Positions 22,199 through 33,102 of a stretch of 64,000 bases of DNA are shown in pieces. The notes beneath the pieces are model-generated. The model saw nothing but the letters and a program-made list of their open reading frames with translations, had not been told where the DNA came from and searched no databases. Every line of letters starts with the position of its first letter. The stretch's first letter is position 1. Origin of the DNA: an uncultured Gemmatimonadales bacterium (GTDB lineage Bacteria > Gemmatimonadota > Gemmatimonadetes > Gemmatimonadales > Gemmatimonadaceae); the NCBI GenBank assembly GCA_963707505.1, contig CAVPQB010000005.1:32001-96000 (forward strand), in the 5' to 3' direction. The translations under genes were made by a program, and so were the position numbers.

Positions 22199-23732
22199 CG
22201 TGTATCATACTGGCAACATGCAGCCGCGCCTGCTCCCGCGTCGCATCGATCGCCGCGTCTCCATACCGGGCGAGGAACGGAACGAAGCTCAGAACCCGCT
22301 CCTGCGGAGCACCACCCGGAAACAGCGTGGCACGAACGGTTGCGACGTCGCGCAATGTTTCGGAACCAATCTGCTTGATCGCCGCTGCATAGCGACGTTC
22401 CAGCCGCTCGAGCCGATGCTCCACTCCTGCACGCATCGTCCCGACGGACCGCGACAATGCATCATTGGTCTGCGCATCACGGCGCATCGCATCGCTGCTG
22501 GAATCGAGCGCGCGCCGCAGCGATTCGATGGCGCCGCGTACAGGTTCGGAAATCGCCTCACGCGCGACTCGGCTCTCGACCGCATGCGGATCCGCGAAAT
22601 CATCGATGCTCGCGTCAAGCCGCCCGAGCATGTGCTCGACGTGCTCTTCGAGCAGCGTCCCACTCCATCGCGGCGCGATTCTCGGCCGGGCCACTCCGAG
22701 CGCATCCGCGACAGCGGATACCTGCGCAAAATACGCGACCTCGCCCGGGCCACCGACATACGTCACGGTTGGAAGTATTTGTCGCTCGATGATGGGTCGG
22801 AGCAACACATTCGGACCAAGACGGCCGGTATTTCCCGCATCGGCGATCTGCTTCGCCGCGCGGAGCGGAACGCGGCGGCGAGTTCCGTCTTCCAGCGTCT
22901 CAAAAACGAGCGACAGGTTCGGGACGTCGGCTACCTGCGGATGAAACCCCGCACCGGCGATCGCGTTCGTGCGCGCGCGCAGCGACGCGGCAATCTCATC
23001 AGCACGACCGAGGGCGCGAATGATCGTGTCGTGTCCAGCATCGCGTACCGCCTCGTGAGATGCGTCGAGCACCGCGACGCCAAGCGGCTCGAGCAGTGCC
23101 CGCAACAGAGCAACGTAAGCGCTTCCAACTGTAGCGTTGCGGGCATAGGCTCCGCGAACCGCCTCGAGTACGCGCCGATCGGGCGCGGACCCGCAAGCCT
23201 CCTCCAAACGCACGATCTGCTCGGTGACATCGCCGAGCGGCGTACTCGCCATTGAGCGCCCAGACACGGCATCAGCCGGCATGGAGAGCAGCTCGAGCTT
23301 GCCATGACGTACGACCGAGACGTGATTCGCTTCCACCAGATCTGCGTCATCGGTGGCGGCCCAGAACACCGGCGCGACCGGCCGTCCCGTAAGCGACGCG
23401 AGAGCGTCAGCCATCTCGAGAAGTGTCACGGCCTTGTGCAACACGTAAAGCGGACCGCCGAACAATCCCGGCTGCTGTCCTCCGGTCACCACAAAACCGC
23501 CTGATTCGGACGCGGCCCGTAATCGGTCGGCTGCGACTCCCGAAGGAGCGAACGCTGGCAGAAGATCGGCGAGCCACGTACGGTGCAGAAAGTCATCCGC
23601 GATTTGCGATGCCGCAGCGTTCCACGCGTCAATATCGCTCAACTTGTCGCCGTACCACTCCGGCAGCGCGCCAGCGAGCGCATTGCGCGCAAGCGGCGAT
23701 CCGCCGATCGGCCGGGATATCGCGCGTATCAT
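22191..23732 (-). CDS. bshC: bacillithiol biosynthesis cysteine-adding enzyme
   Basis: VVTGGQQPGLFGGPLYVLHKA, PVFWAATDDADL, GPNVLLRPI, YVGGPGEVAYFAQ and PQERV. Confidence 0.9.
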   Translation of the reverse strand: MIRAISRPIGGSPLARNALAGALPEWYGDKLSDIDAWNAAASQIADDFLHRTWLADLLPAFAPSGVAADRLRAASESGGFVVTGGQQPGLFGGPLYVLHKAVTLLEMADALASLTGRPVAPVFWAATDDADLVEANHVSVVRHGKLELLSMPADAVSGRSMASTPLGDVTEQIVRLEEACGSAPDRRVLEAVRGAYARNATVGSAYVALLRALLEPLGVAVLDASHEAVRDAGHDTIIRALGRADEIAASLRARTNAIAGAGFHPQVADVPNLSLVFETLEDGTRRRVPLRAAKQIADAGNTGRLGPNVLLRPIIERQILPTVTYVGGPGEVAYFAQVSAVADALGVARPRIAPRWSGTLLEEHVEHMLGRLDASIDDFADPHAVESRVAREAISEPVRGAIESLRRALDSSSDAMRRDAQTNDALSRSVGTMRAGVEHRLERLERRYAAAIKQIGSETLRDVATVRATLFPGGAPQERVLSFVPFLARYGDAAIDATREQARLHVASMIHGG

Positions 23733-24448
23733 GATCTGTGCGCGAAGAAGATCGCCCTCGCGCTTTCGGTACTCAGCGGCGCACCGGAATAGTCGCCCAG
23801 CTCGTGGTCGACCGAGAACCCGGCATCATGTAGCAGACATCGAAGATCGTCCGGCTCGAACAGCCGCACTCGCTCGAGATACTTACGCGGCGAGCCTGCG
23901 GCGGAAATGTCCTTCTCGACGTAGAGGCCATCGTCGGTGATTCGTCGGTCCTGCGTCACGACGCGGTTGCCGATGCGACGAGTGTCGTGCGGAACTAACG
24001 TCGCACGCACCTGATCCGAGTTGAGATAGTCGAGCACGAATACTCCGTCACGCCCTAAAACGCGATTCACTTCGGACAGCACCAGGCGGTTTTCTTCATC
24101 CGAAGAAAAGTAGCCGAAGCTCGTGAAAAGATTGACGACGAGATCAAAGCTGCCTCCCGCGAACGGCAACACCCTCATGTCGGCCCGGACGTACGGCACT
24201 TCCGGCGCCTCCGATTTCGCCACCTGAAGCAGTTCCGTCGAAAGATCCAGTCCCACCGTCCAGATGTGCTGACACAATGCCCGCGTATGACGCCCCGACC
24301 CGCAAGCCAGGTCCAGCGCACGCGCCGCCGGGTCGGGCGAAACCATGTTTCGTATTAGCCGGACCACCGAACGCGCTTCGCGCTGGTCCCGGTGTGGATA
24401 CAGATCGAGATATTCCTTGCCAAACCACCGGGTGAACCACTCGCTCAT
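23729..24448 (-). CDS. class I SAM-dependent methyltransferase (candidate bacillithiol N-methyltransferase)
   Basis: ALDLACGSGRH, GLDLS, ADMR and NLFTSFGYF; N-terminal WFTRWFGKEYLDLYPHRD; ATGA overlap with bshC. Confidence 0.88.
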   Translation of the reverse strand: MSEWFTRWFGKEYLDLYPHRDQREARSVVRLIRNMVSPDPAARALDLACGSGRHTRALCQHIWTVGLDLSTELLQVAKSEAPEVPYVRADMRVLPFAGGSFDLVVNLFTSFGYFSSDEENRLVLSEVNRVLGRDGVFVLDYLNSDQVRATLVPHDTRRIGNRVVTQDRRITDDGLYVEKDISAAGSPRKYLERVRLFEPDDLRCLLHDAGFSVDHELGDYSGAPLSTESARAIFFAHRS

Positions 24449-24912
24449 TTATGGTATGGCTCGCCGCGGATGATCGTACCTGCGCGATACAGCTGCTCCG
24501 CGAGCACGAGCCGCGCAAGCTCGTGCGGCAGCGTCCACGGCGCAAGCGACAACCGAATGTTGGCGCCGTCGCGCAGGCTGTCGTCCAGACCGAATGCGCC
24601 GCCAATCATGAAAACAACGTCGCGTGCAGCTTCCCGCTCTCCCTGAACCCACGCGGCAAACCGCTCGGATGACATCGATTGCCCGCTCGCGTCGCATGCA
24701 ACCTTCGTTGCCACATCGCCGACTCGCGCGCGAATGCGGTCTCCCTCGCGAGCGCGCACGCTTGCCGACGTTGTCGCGTGGTCGGCACGTTCTCCCTTCA
24801 CCTCGACCACATCGATTGGCCAGTAGCGCGCCGCTCGGGTCTCATAGTCGAGAATCGCCGCGGCGAGCGCCCTGTCCTTCGGGTGCCCGACCGCGGCGAT
24901 CATTACACGCAC
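24445..24912 (-). CDS. rlmH: 23S rRNA (pseudouridine1915-N3)-methyltransferase
   Basis: FMIGGAFGL, LSLAPWTLPHELARLVLAEQLYRA and GEPYHK. Confidence 0.95.
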   Translation of the reverse strand: MRVMIAAVGHPKDRALAAAILDYETRAARYWPIDVVEVKGERADHATTSASVRAREGDRIRARVGDVATKVACDASGQSMSSERFAAWVQGEREAARDVVFMIGGAFGLDDSLRDGANIRLSLAPWTLPHELARLVLAEQLYRAGTIIRGEPYHK

Positions 24913-24924
24913 TCGTACGGAACG

Positions 24925-26232
24925 TTAGGAGTAGATGCCCCGCAGGCGATGCACAGCCGCAACACGGCTGATCGAAAGCATGTACGCAGCGGTGCGCATG
25001 TTCACCTTGTGCGTCTTCGACAGTGCCAGCACGTCCGCGAAGCTGCGACGCATGATCTCCGTGAGACGGTCGTTGACGGTCTTCTCGTCCCAGAAGTATC
25101 CACCACGATCCTGTACCCACTCGAAGTACGACACCGTCACGCCGCCGGCATTCGCGAGAATGTCGGGGATGACGAAGATTCCCTTTTCATCGAGAATCGA
25201 ATCGGCCGCTGCCGTGGTCGGTCCATTGGCGCCTTCGCAAACTACTTTCGCGCGAATGTCGTGCGCGTTCTTGGTCGTGATTACGCTTTCCAGCGCGGCC
25301 GGCAGCAGTACGTCCACATCGAGCGTGAGCAGCTCGGCGCCGCTGATTGCATCGCCACCCTTGAATCCCTTGAGCGACTTGTGCTTCTGCACATACGCAA
25401 TCGCCTCGTCGACTTTGATACCATTCGCGTTGTGGAACGCAGCGTCGCGATCGCCGATTGCGACGATCTTCGCTCCTGCTTCCCGAAGCAGCTTCGCAGC
25501 TGTCGAGCCAACGTTGCCGAAGCCCTGGACCGCGATCGTGGACTTGCTCACGTGCATGCCGAGGTGCTCCAGTGCGTCCGTCGTCACGATCGTGCAGCCG
25601 CGTCCCGTCGCCTCGCGTCGTCCGAGTGATCCACCCATCTCGACCGGCTTGCCGGTCACGACGGCGGTCGTCGTGTGACCGACATGCATCGAGTACGTGT
25701 CCATCACCCAGGCCATCACGCGCTCATTCGTATTCACGTCCGGGGCAGGAACGTCCGAGTCCGGTCCGAGCGTCTGGATGATTCCGTTAGTGTACCGCCG
25801 AGTCAAACGCTCCAGTTCACCGACACTCATCTTCAGTGGATCGCAAACGACGCCGCCCTTCGCGCCGCCGAACGGAATGTTGACGACAGCGCACTTCCAC
25901 GTCATCCACGCGGCAAGTGCCTTGACCTCTTCGAGCGTGACGTGCATGTCGAAACGAATTCCGCCCTTGCCAGGTCCACGCGACGTGTTGTAAAGCACGC
26001 GATGACCGGTGAAAACTTCCACTTCGCCGTTGTCCAGAACCACCGGGCACGACACGGTTATCTGCTTCTCCGGATTGCGAAGGATCTTGTAGATGCCAGG
26101 CTCCAGGTCCAGCAGCTCGGCGGCGCGGTCAAAACGCGACATCATCGCGTCGAATGGATTTTCCTCGTTCAAAACCGGGTCCTTGTCCGGGTGGACGATT
26201 TTATGAGTCGAAAGACGGTGATCGGTGGCCAT
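24925..26232 (-). CDS. gdhA: Glu/Leu/Phe/Val (glutamate) dehydrogenase
   Basis: [41 protein letters not shown] and [12 protein letters not shown]. Confidence 0.95.
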   Translation of the reverse strand: MATDHRLSTHKIVHPDKDPVLNEENPFDAMMSRFDRAAELLDLEPGIYKILRNPEKQITVSCPVVLDNGEVEVFTGHRVLYNTSRGPGKGGIRFDMHVTLEEVKALAAWMTWKCAVVNIPFGGAKGGVVCDPLKMSVGELERLTRRYTNGIIQTLGPDSDVPAPDVNTNERVMAWVMDTYSMHVGHTTTAVVTGKPVEMGGSLGRREATGRGCTIVTTDALEHLGMHVSKSTIAVQGFGNVGSTAAKLLREAGAKIVAIGDRDAAFHNANGIKVDEAIAYVQKHKSLKGFKGGDAISGAELLTLDVDVLLPAALESVITTKNAHDIRAKVVCEGANGPTTAAADSILDEKGIFVIPDILANAGGVTVSYFEWVQDRGGYFWDEKTVNDRLTEIMRRSFADVLALSKTHKVNMRTAAYMLSISRVAAVHRLRGIYS

Positions 26233-27257
26233 TATTCAGCGATTGAAGTGGCTCGTTTGAATAAATTCGCGAGAGCTGACGCGACGAGAGAGTATCCCTC
26301 CGTCAGGCGCACAGCCTGTGAAAGATACCAAAGCTCCAGTCCGTTCGCAGGCCAGACCCTCGTCAACTTCACCGCGTCCTTTTCCGTAGTAACAACATAT
26401 TTGTGACCTGTAGATTCGCTCACGATCCGCGCAGCGTCCGCAGCCGTGTAATCGTGATGGTCCCGAAAACGCAACTCTGTCACTTCCGCGCCAAGTTGCC
26501 GCAGTTGCGCGAAGAAGCTGGTTGGATCCCCGATCCCCGCCACTGCCAGCACTCGTTTGCCGCGAAGCTCGTCGAGTGGGATCGACTCCGCATGCGACGC
26601 ACTGATGAGGGCGTCCGGCTGCAGTGCCGCTATTGCGATCTCCGCGCCCGAATGCTCAGCTCCAATGGCCTGCATCACGTCCCTCGCCTGCTCATTCGTC
26701 GCGCTCTTCTGCGTGACGACAATGACGTCGGCGCGATCCAGCGAGCGCAACGATTCGCGCAACGGCCCCGCAGGAAGTAATCGCAGACCGGGGTGCCAGC
26801 TCTCGGCGCTCACCAGCACAATATCGAGGTCGCGCGACGCTCTACGATGCTGAAAGCCGTCGTCCAGTACCACGACGTCTGCCCCGCCAACTGCAGCCGC
26901 ACGGATTCCCGCGACACGATCCGCTTCCGTGATTACCGCAACGCCGGAATTCATCCGCGCGTGAAGGTGCAGTTCATCGTCACCATATCCACGCATCACA
27001 ACCGCGGGGCGGTGTCCCGCGAGTATCAGCTCGCCAACCAGATATGCGCTGAACGGTGTCTTGCCGGTGCCGCCGACCGTAAGATTGCCAACACTGATAA
27101 TCGGAATCGATGCTGGGTGTACGCGGAGTGCACCAGTGTCATACAATGCGTTCCTTGCAGCGACCACGCCGCCATAGATCCATGAGAACGGCGTCACCGC
27201 CGCGCGCACCAGTCGCACAACCGCTGATCTTCCGTACCATAGCTCGTCGACTGTCAT
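26232..27257 (-). CDS. lpxK: tetraacyldisaccharide (lipid A) 4'-kinase
   Basis: [41 protein letters not shown] and TTEKDAVK. Confidence 0.96.
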   Translation of the reverse strand: MTVDELWYGRSAVVRLVRAAVTPFSWIYGGVVAARNALYDTGALRVHPASIPIISVGNLTVGGTGKTPFSAYLVGELILAGHRPAVVMRGYGDDELHLHARMNSGVAVITEADRVAGIRAAAVGGADVVVLDDGFQHRRASRDLDIVLVSAESWHPGLRLLPAGPLRESLRSLDRADVIVVTQKSATNEQARDVMQAIGAEHSGAEIAIAALQPDALISASHAESIPLDELRGKRVLAVAGIGDPTSFFAQLRQLGAEVTELRFRDHHDYTAADAARIVSESTGHKYVVTTEKDAVKLTRVWPANGLELWYLSQAVRLTEGYSLVASALANLFKRATSIAE

Positions 27258-27931
27258 GCACGTCCCTGCTCGAGCGTCTGCGCTGTCGCGGCCATCGCGT
27301 TGAGCGAGGACTCGAAGATCTCGCCCTGCATCGCCGCGCCACGCGAGTCGTCCGCACTAACGTACATCGGATCGCTGTAGACGAAAGTAAGGTGAGCGAA
27401 CGGCTTGGGAATCATGAACCCATCCCAGCTGCGCAGATGCCATGCGCGCGACGCCGCGACGCCTACCAGGACCATCGGCGCCCCAGCTCGGTGCGCGGCG
27501 ACCAACGCGCCACTCGCGAATTTCCGCGCGGGGCCGCGTGGACCGTCGGGCGTAACCGCTACCTCGCCTCCGGTGGTCAGCACGTCGCACATCGCAAGCA
27601 ACGCGCGAGTGGCGCCGCGCGTCGTCGACCCACGGATGGACCCGAATCCCAGACTGGCAGTGATCCGCGCGATAAGCTCACCGTCACGATGTTCGCTGAT
27701 CAGTACCCTTACCCCCTGTGCCCGGTGCTGTACGGTCAACGGCAACAACTGGCCATGCCAGAGCGCAAACACGAACGAACGGCCATCCGCGCGCAGTGCG
27801 CGCCAGCCCGCGTCGTTCACTTCGCGTACACGCCAGGTCGAGTACAACACGCGCAGCAGCGCAGGGCCGAGTGCGGCGGCCAGCCGCTGAATTCCGGTCA
27901 GATGAGTCCGCGCAGGCGCGGGCTCACTCAT
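27254..27931 (-). CDS. DUF374 acyltransferase-family protein (LpxJ-like late acyltransferase candidate)
   Basis: ALWHGQL, ISEHRDGE, IRGSTTRG, VTPDGPRGP and SWDGFMIPKPF; sits between lpxB and lpxK. Confidence 0.85.
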   Translation of the reverse strand: MSEPAPARTHLTGIQRLAAALGPALLRVLYSTWRVREVNDAGWRALRADGRSFVFALWHGQLLPLTVQHRAQGVRVLISEHRDGELIARITASLGFGSIRGSTTRGATRALLAMCDVLTTGGEVAVTPDGPRGPARKFASGALVAAHRAGAPMVLVGVAASRAWHLRSWDGFMIPKPFAHLTFVYSDPMYVSADDSRGAAMQGEIFESSLNAMAATAQTLEQGRA

Positions 27932-29041
27932 CCCGCCAGTCCCGAGATCATCTCCGCCACGCGACCAGCGGCACCGGGTGTACCGAGCTGGCTTCTGACT
28001 TCGATCAGTCCCTCACGCTGTAACTCGCGGTACGCAGCGTCATCAAGCAATCGACCGAGCTCCGTCGCAACCGCCTTCGGCTGCAACGCGCCCTGCACGA
28101 ACTCGCGCGCAACTTCGCGTCCCGCGACGACGTTGACGAGACCGATGTACGGTATCTTGACCACGCGCCGCGCAATTGCATATGAAAGGCCGCCTGTGCG
28201 ATACGCGACCGCCATCGGACACTGCGCAATCGCCGCCTCGAGCGTCGTCGTCCCACTCTTGCACAGCGCGACGTCAGCAGCGCGGAAGACATCGAACGAC
28301 GCACCACGCACGATTTCGAATGGACACTCCAGCGCATCCAGATTCACGGTGGGCGCGCCGTGCACGATCACGCGAAGTCCCGGATGCCGGCGCGCGAGCT
28401 CGCGCCCGCTCTCGATGAATGGGACGAAGTGACGCGCGATCTCCTGCTCCCGACTTCCCGGAAACAGCGCGAGTACCTTCTCTTCCGGAGCGATTCCGAG
28501 CCGCTCGCGCGCTTCCACACGCGTCGGCATGATTCTGCGCACGATCCAGCAACGGGATGACCTACGAATGTCGCGTCGATTCCGTAACCCGCGAGCAGCG
28601 GGGCCTCGAAAGGAAGGATGACAGCAGCCCTTCGTCACGAGCTTCGCCAGCTTTGGTAGCCGCCCCGCGCCCCACGCCCAGACCTGCGGCGTGACGTAGT
28701 ACAGCACGGGTACGCCCGCCTCGCGCGCAGCGGCTGCAACCTTCATGTTGAACCCGGGATAGTCGATCAGGACGACGACGGCGACGTTTCCGGTAGCCAT
28801 GCGCGCGCGCAGCTGACGCAGCAGCGCCGCGTGCTTCGGAATGTGCCTTACGACTTCGACAAATCCCATCACAGCGAGCTCGGCGTAATCGCGCGTTATC
28901 TCCACGCCGCTCGCGCGCATGTGCGCGCCGCCGACGCCCGCGGTCGCCAGATCGGGACGAATCGCTCGCAGCCGCGCCGCAACGCTCGCCCGCGTGCAGG
29001 TCGCCGGAGGCCTCTCCGGCGACGAAGAGAACTTCACGCAC
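27928..29041 (-). CDS. lpxB: lipid-A-disaccharide synthase (broken by several indels)
   Basis: Start MREVLFVAGEASGDLH in one frame; LAVMGFVEV, IDYPGFN, PQVWAW, LFPGSR and KSGTTTLE in another. Confidence 0.93.
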
Positions 29042-30025
29042 CGACAGACGGGGCGTTGCGCTCGATGTCGCCGCACAATTCTCGAGCGCGACTTCCAGCG
29101 CGCGACGCCCGTCGGCGCCCCTCACTACCAGCGGTGCGCTGCCGTTCAGCGCCGCCGCAAAACTCTCGAACTCGAGCTTGAGCGGCTCTCCTTCCGGAGC
29201 CTCCAACGCAATGCGCTCCACGAAGTCCGCGAGATCCGGCGTCTTCCCGCTCGCGACGAGCGCGTGCAGGTCGCCAGTCCTTCTTCAGTCGAAAGAATTC
29301 GCCATTTCCCGCGGCAAGATCGAGCGAGAGATAACCACTCGGCTGGAAGATTCGCACCTTGCGAACTCTCTCACGCGAGATGCGGCTCGCGGTGATGTTG
29401 GCGACGGCGCCCGATTCGAACGTGATCCGCGCATTTGCAATGTCCACGGTCGGCGTGAGCACGGGAATTCCGACGGCGGCAATGTTACCAGCGCCGGAAT
29501 TGACGAGCGTCAGTATCAGATCGATGTCGTGAATCATCAGGTCGAGCACGACCGCGACGTCCGAGCCCCGAATGTTGAACGGCGCCAGGCGATCGCTCTC
29601 GATGAACCGCGGATTGCTCACGTACGGCAGTGCGGCGCGTATCGCGCGATTGAAACGCTCGACGTGCCCGGTCTGCACGATCACGCCCGTACGCTGCGCG
29701 ATTGCGAGCAGCGCATCGGCTTCTTCGAGCGTCGCCGTGATCGGCTTCTCGATGAGCACGTGCTTGCCGCGCTCCAGCGCCCTGCTCGCGACCGCGAAGT
29801 GCCGCGGTGTCGGCACGACGATCGTCACGGCGTCGACGTCGTCGAGCAGACGTCTCCAGGTCGCTGTAACTCGGAACCTCCAGCTCCGATGATACCTGCG
29901 CAGCGCGCTCCGGTCGCTCTTCCACGAATCCGGACAAGCCGGAACTCGGGCATCTCTCGCAACAATCGAACGTGGTGGTAGCCGAGCGCGCCCGCTCCGA
30001 CGACGCCAATGCGCAGTGGCTTCAA
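29034..30025 (-). CDS. Gfo/Idh/MocA NAD-dependent oxidoreductase, GnnA-like (broken by indels)
   Basis: LRIGVVGAGALGYHH, HVLIEKP, GHVERFN, VVLDLMIHDID and ANITASRIS across frames; lies between lpxA and lpxB. Confidence 0.85.
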
Positions 30026-30803
30026 ATCGCGACCCCGCGCTGGCTCGATTCCACGAACTGCACGAGCTGCATCACTTCGGGAATCTGCTCGACCTCCGCC
30101 GTCACTCGCTCGATCGCCTGCGCGAGATTGAGCTCCGATCGGAACAACAGCCGGTACGCGCGCTTCAGCTCGAGAATCGTTTCCGGCGAGAATCCGTTGC
30201 GCTGCAACCCGACCGAATTGAGTCCATACAGCTTCATCGGATTGCCGACAGCCTTGACGAACGGCGGCACGTCCTTCGACACACGTGAGCAACCCCCAAC
30301 TATCGCGTTGCGCCCGATTCGCGTGAACTGGTGAACGGCTGTCACACCCGAGAGGATCACGCGGTCCTCGACAGTCACGTGACCGGCGAGCTGCACCATG
30401 TTCGCGAGAACGACGTCGTCGCCGACGTGACAGTCGTGCGCGAGATGCACGTACGACATGACGAAGCTGTTTGGGCCCGACCGTCGTCTTGAACGATTGC
30501 GACGTGCCACGATTGATCGTCGCTGTATTCGCGGATCACCGTGTTGTCGCCGATCTCGACAGTCGTGCGCTCGCCCTTGAACTTGAGGTCCTGCGGATCG
30601 CCGCCGAGAACGGTCCCGACTCCGATCTTCACGTTCCTGCCGAGTGTGACGTAGCGCTCGAGACGTCGCGCGCGCCGATATCACGCAGCCGTCGCCGATC
30701 ACGCACTCGTCGCCAATGATCGCGAACGGGCCGATCTCGACGTCGTGCGCCGATCTCCGCGGAAGACGATACGATCGCGGTCGGATGAATCTGCGCGCGT
30801 CAT
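30022..30803 (-). CDS. lpxA: acyl-ACP--UDP-GlcNAc acyltransferase (broken by indels)
   Basis: Hexapeptide repeats ([10 protein letters not shown]), [43 protein letters not shown] and GLNSVGL. Confidence 0.93.
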
Positions 30804-32114
30804 CGGTCGCGAACCATGGCGGCCATCTCCGCCTCGGCGACGACCTCGCCGTCCACCTTCGCAACGCCGCGCATCTTGCACACGGCGCCGCGGATCTGGA
30901 TCACGTCGAGCTCGAAGCGAATCTGATCGCCCGGCTTGACCGGCTTCCGGAATTGCACGTTGTCGAGCGACATGAAGTACACGACCTTCTGTTCGGCCTC
31001 CTCGAATCCGCCCAGCAGCAGCATTCCGCCGACCTGCGCCATCGCCTCGATGATCAGCACGCCCGGCATTATCGGATGCCCGGGAAAGTGTCCCTGAAAG
31101 AATGGCTCGTTGATCGTGACGTTCTTGATGCCCGACGATCCGCTTCTTCTCCCTCGATCTCGAGGATCCGGTCGACGAGCAGAAACGGATAGCGGTGCGG
31201 AAGCACCTTCATGATGTCTTCGATCGACATCGTTCCAGCCATGCTCTTCCTCGCTTGCTCGTTGATCTGGCCGCCGGCCAGCCGCACCATCTCACGAACC
31301 AGCGTCACCGTGCCCCGGTGACTCGGCCTGCACCGCGACTATTCGCGCGCGCACGCGCGCGCCGGCCAGCGCGAGATCGCCCACGCAGTCCAGTCGCCTT
31401 GTGCCGCACGAACTCGTCGTTCCAGCGCAGCTCGTCGTCGACAACATCGGTGTCGTCGAGCACTACCGCGTTGTCGGTCGACGCGCCCTGGATCAGACCC
31501 TTGCGCCCGCAGTGCCTCGACTTCGTGAACGAAGCCGAACGTTCGCGCTCGCGGCCAGCTCCTTCGCGATACATTCCGCGTCCGACAACGTAGCGCCGCG
31601 ACTGCCGTCCGATGATCGGGTGCGGAAATTCGATCGTGACGTCGAGCGTCAGCTCGTTCGCCGGATACGCCTCGTAGACCGATTCGCCGTCGATGATCCG
31701 AACGGCTCGCGTCAGCGTCGAGATACTCCGGTTCACCCTCCATGCTCGTCGATCCCGGCGCCGATCAACGCGTCGTAGAAACGGCGCCGCGCTTCCGTCG
31801 AGAATCGGCGGCTCAGGACCATCCATGTCGATCACGAGATCGTCGATCCCCATCGCGGCGACCGCGGCCAGAACGTGCTCGACGGTGTGGATCGCCGCAG
31901 TCGCCACTTGCCGAGCTGCGTGCCGTCGCTCGCGTCGCCGTGACCTGCGTCCACATGGGCGCGAATCAGCGGCGAGCCCGCGAGATCGCGCGCGCGAAAC
32001 GACAATCCCCGCTCCAGCGCGGTGCCGGCTGAAACGTGAGCTCGCACGCGCTGCCCGAGATGCAGCCCGACGCCCTCGACGCGTCACCGGCGCCGAGATC
32101 GTGCGCCTCGTCAT
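30800..32114 (-). CDS. lpxC: LpxC deacetylase followed by FabZ dehydratase, probably a bifunctional LpxC-FabZ fusion (broken by indels)
   Basis: LpxC motifs [23 protein letters not shown] and NDEFVRHK; FabZ motifs [25 protein letters not shown] and FRKPVKPGD. The LpxC C-terminus reads into FabZ without a stop (ORF 31069-31308). Confidence 0.85.
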
Positions 32115-33094
32115 GCGCGGTCGCCTTGTCGTCCAGCGAGCTTCTCGATTCGGCGCATCATTCCGGCCAACTTGAACAGCGCCGCCGACGCACGCAGCGA
32201 TTCGCGATGCGGACGCGCCGGATATCCCGACCACGATTCGCCAGCCGGAACGTCGCCGAACACGCCCGCCTGCGCCGCGATGCGCGCGCCGTCGCCGATG
32301 GTGAGGTGCCCACCGATCCCGGCCTGGCCCGCGAGGATTACGCCGTCGCCGATGTGCGCCGAGCCGGCGATGCCAACCTGCGCCATGAGCAGACACAGTC
32401 GCGCCGATGCGCACGTTGTGCGCCGATCTGCACGAGGTTGTCGATCTTGCGTGCCCGTCGCCGATCACGGTGTCGTCGATGCTGCCGCGATCGATCGTCG
32501 TATTCGCGCCGATCTCGACGTCGTCACCAATGATGCAGCGTCCCGACGTGCGGAATCTTCTCGTGCGCGCCGTTGCGGAACACGTAGCCAAATCCGTCAC
32601 TCGCGATACGCGCGCCAGAATGCACGATGCAGCGCGCGCCGATCTCACGCGCCGCGTACACGGTCACATGCGGATACAGGCGCGTGCCGTCACCGATGTT
32701 TCACACCGTCGCCAAGCACCACGTAGTCTTCGATCCGCACCCCGGTCACCGAGCCTTACACCGCGTCCGATCCGCGCCGTAGGCGCGATCCAGGGCTCCG
32801 CGGGCGCAAGATCGTACAGCACGGGAAGTATCGACCTGCAACGCCTCGTGCGGCCTGTCGACCACGATTCCACTCGGCGCACCGCATTCCGCGTCTGCAA
32901 GATCGCGCGCGACGAGCACGATTCCGGCGTCGACAGTCCGCCAGTTGCTCCGACGCGTAGCGAGCCGAGGCCAGAAAAGTAGCGTGGCGTGGCCCCGCCC
33001 TGTCGAGCGGAGCCACGCCATCTACCGCAGACTCCGGGTCACCGCGCAGCTCGCCACCGACGAGCTGCGCGATTTCCCGCGCAGTCAGCGCCAT
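32111..33094 (-). CDS. lpxD: UDP-3-O-acylglucosamine N-acyltransferase (broken by indels)
   Basis: [47 protein letters not shown] and WSGYPARP across frames. Confidence 0.93.
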
Positions 33095-33102
33095 CGCGTT
33101 AT

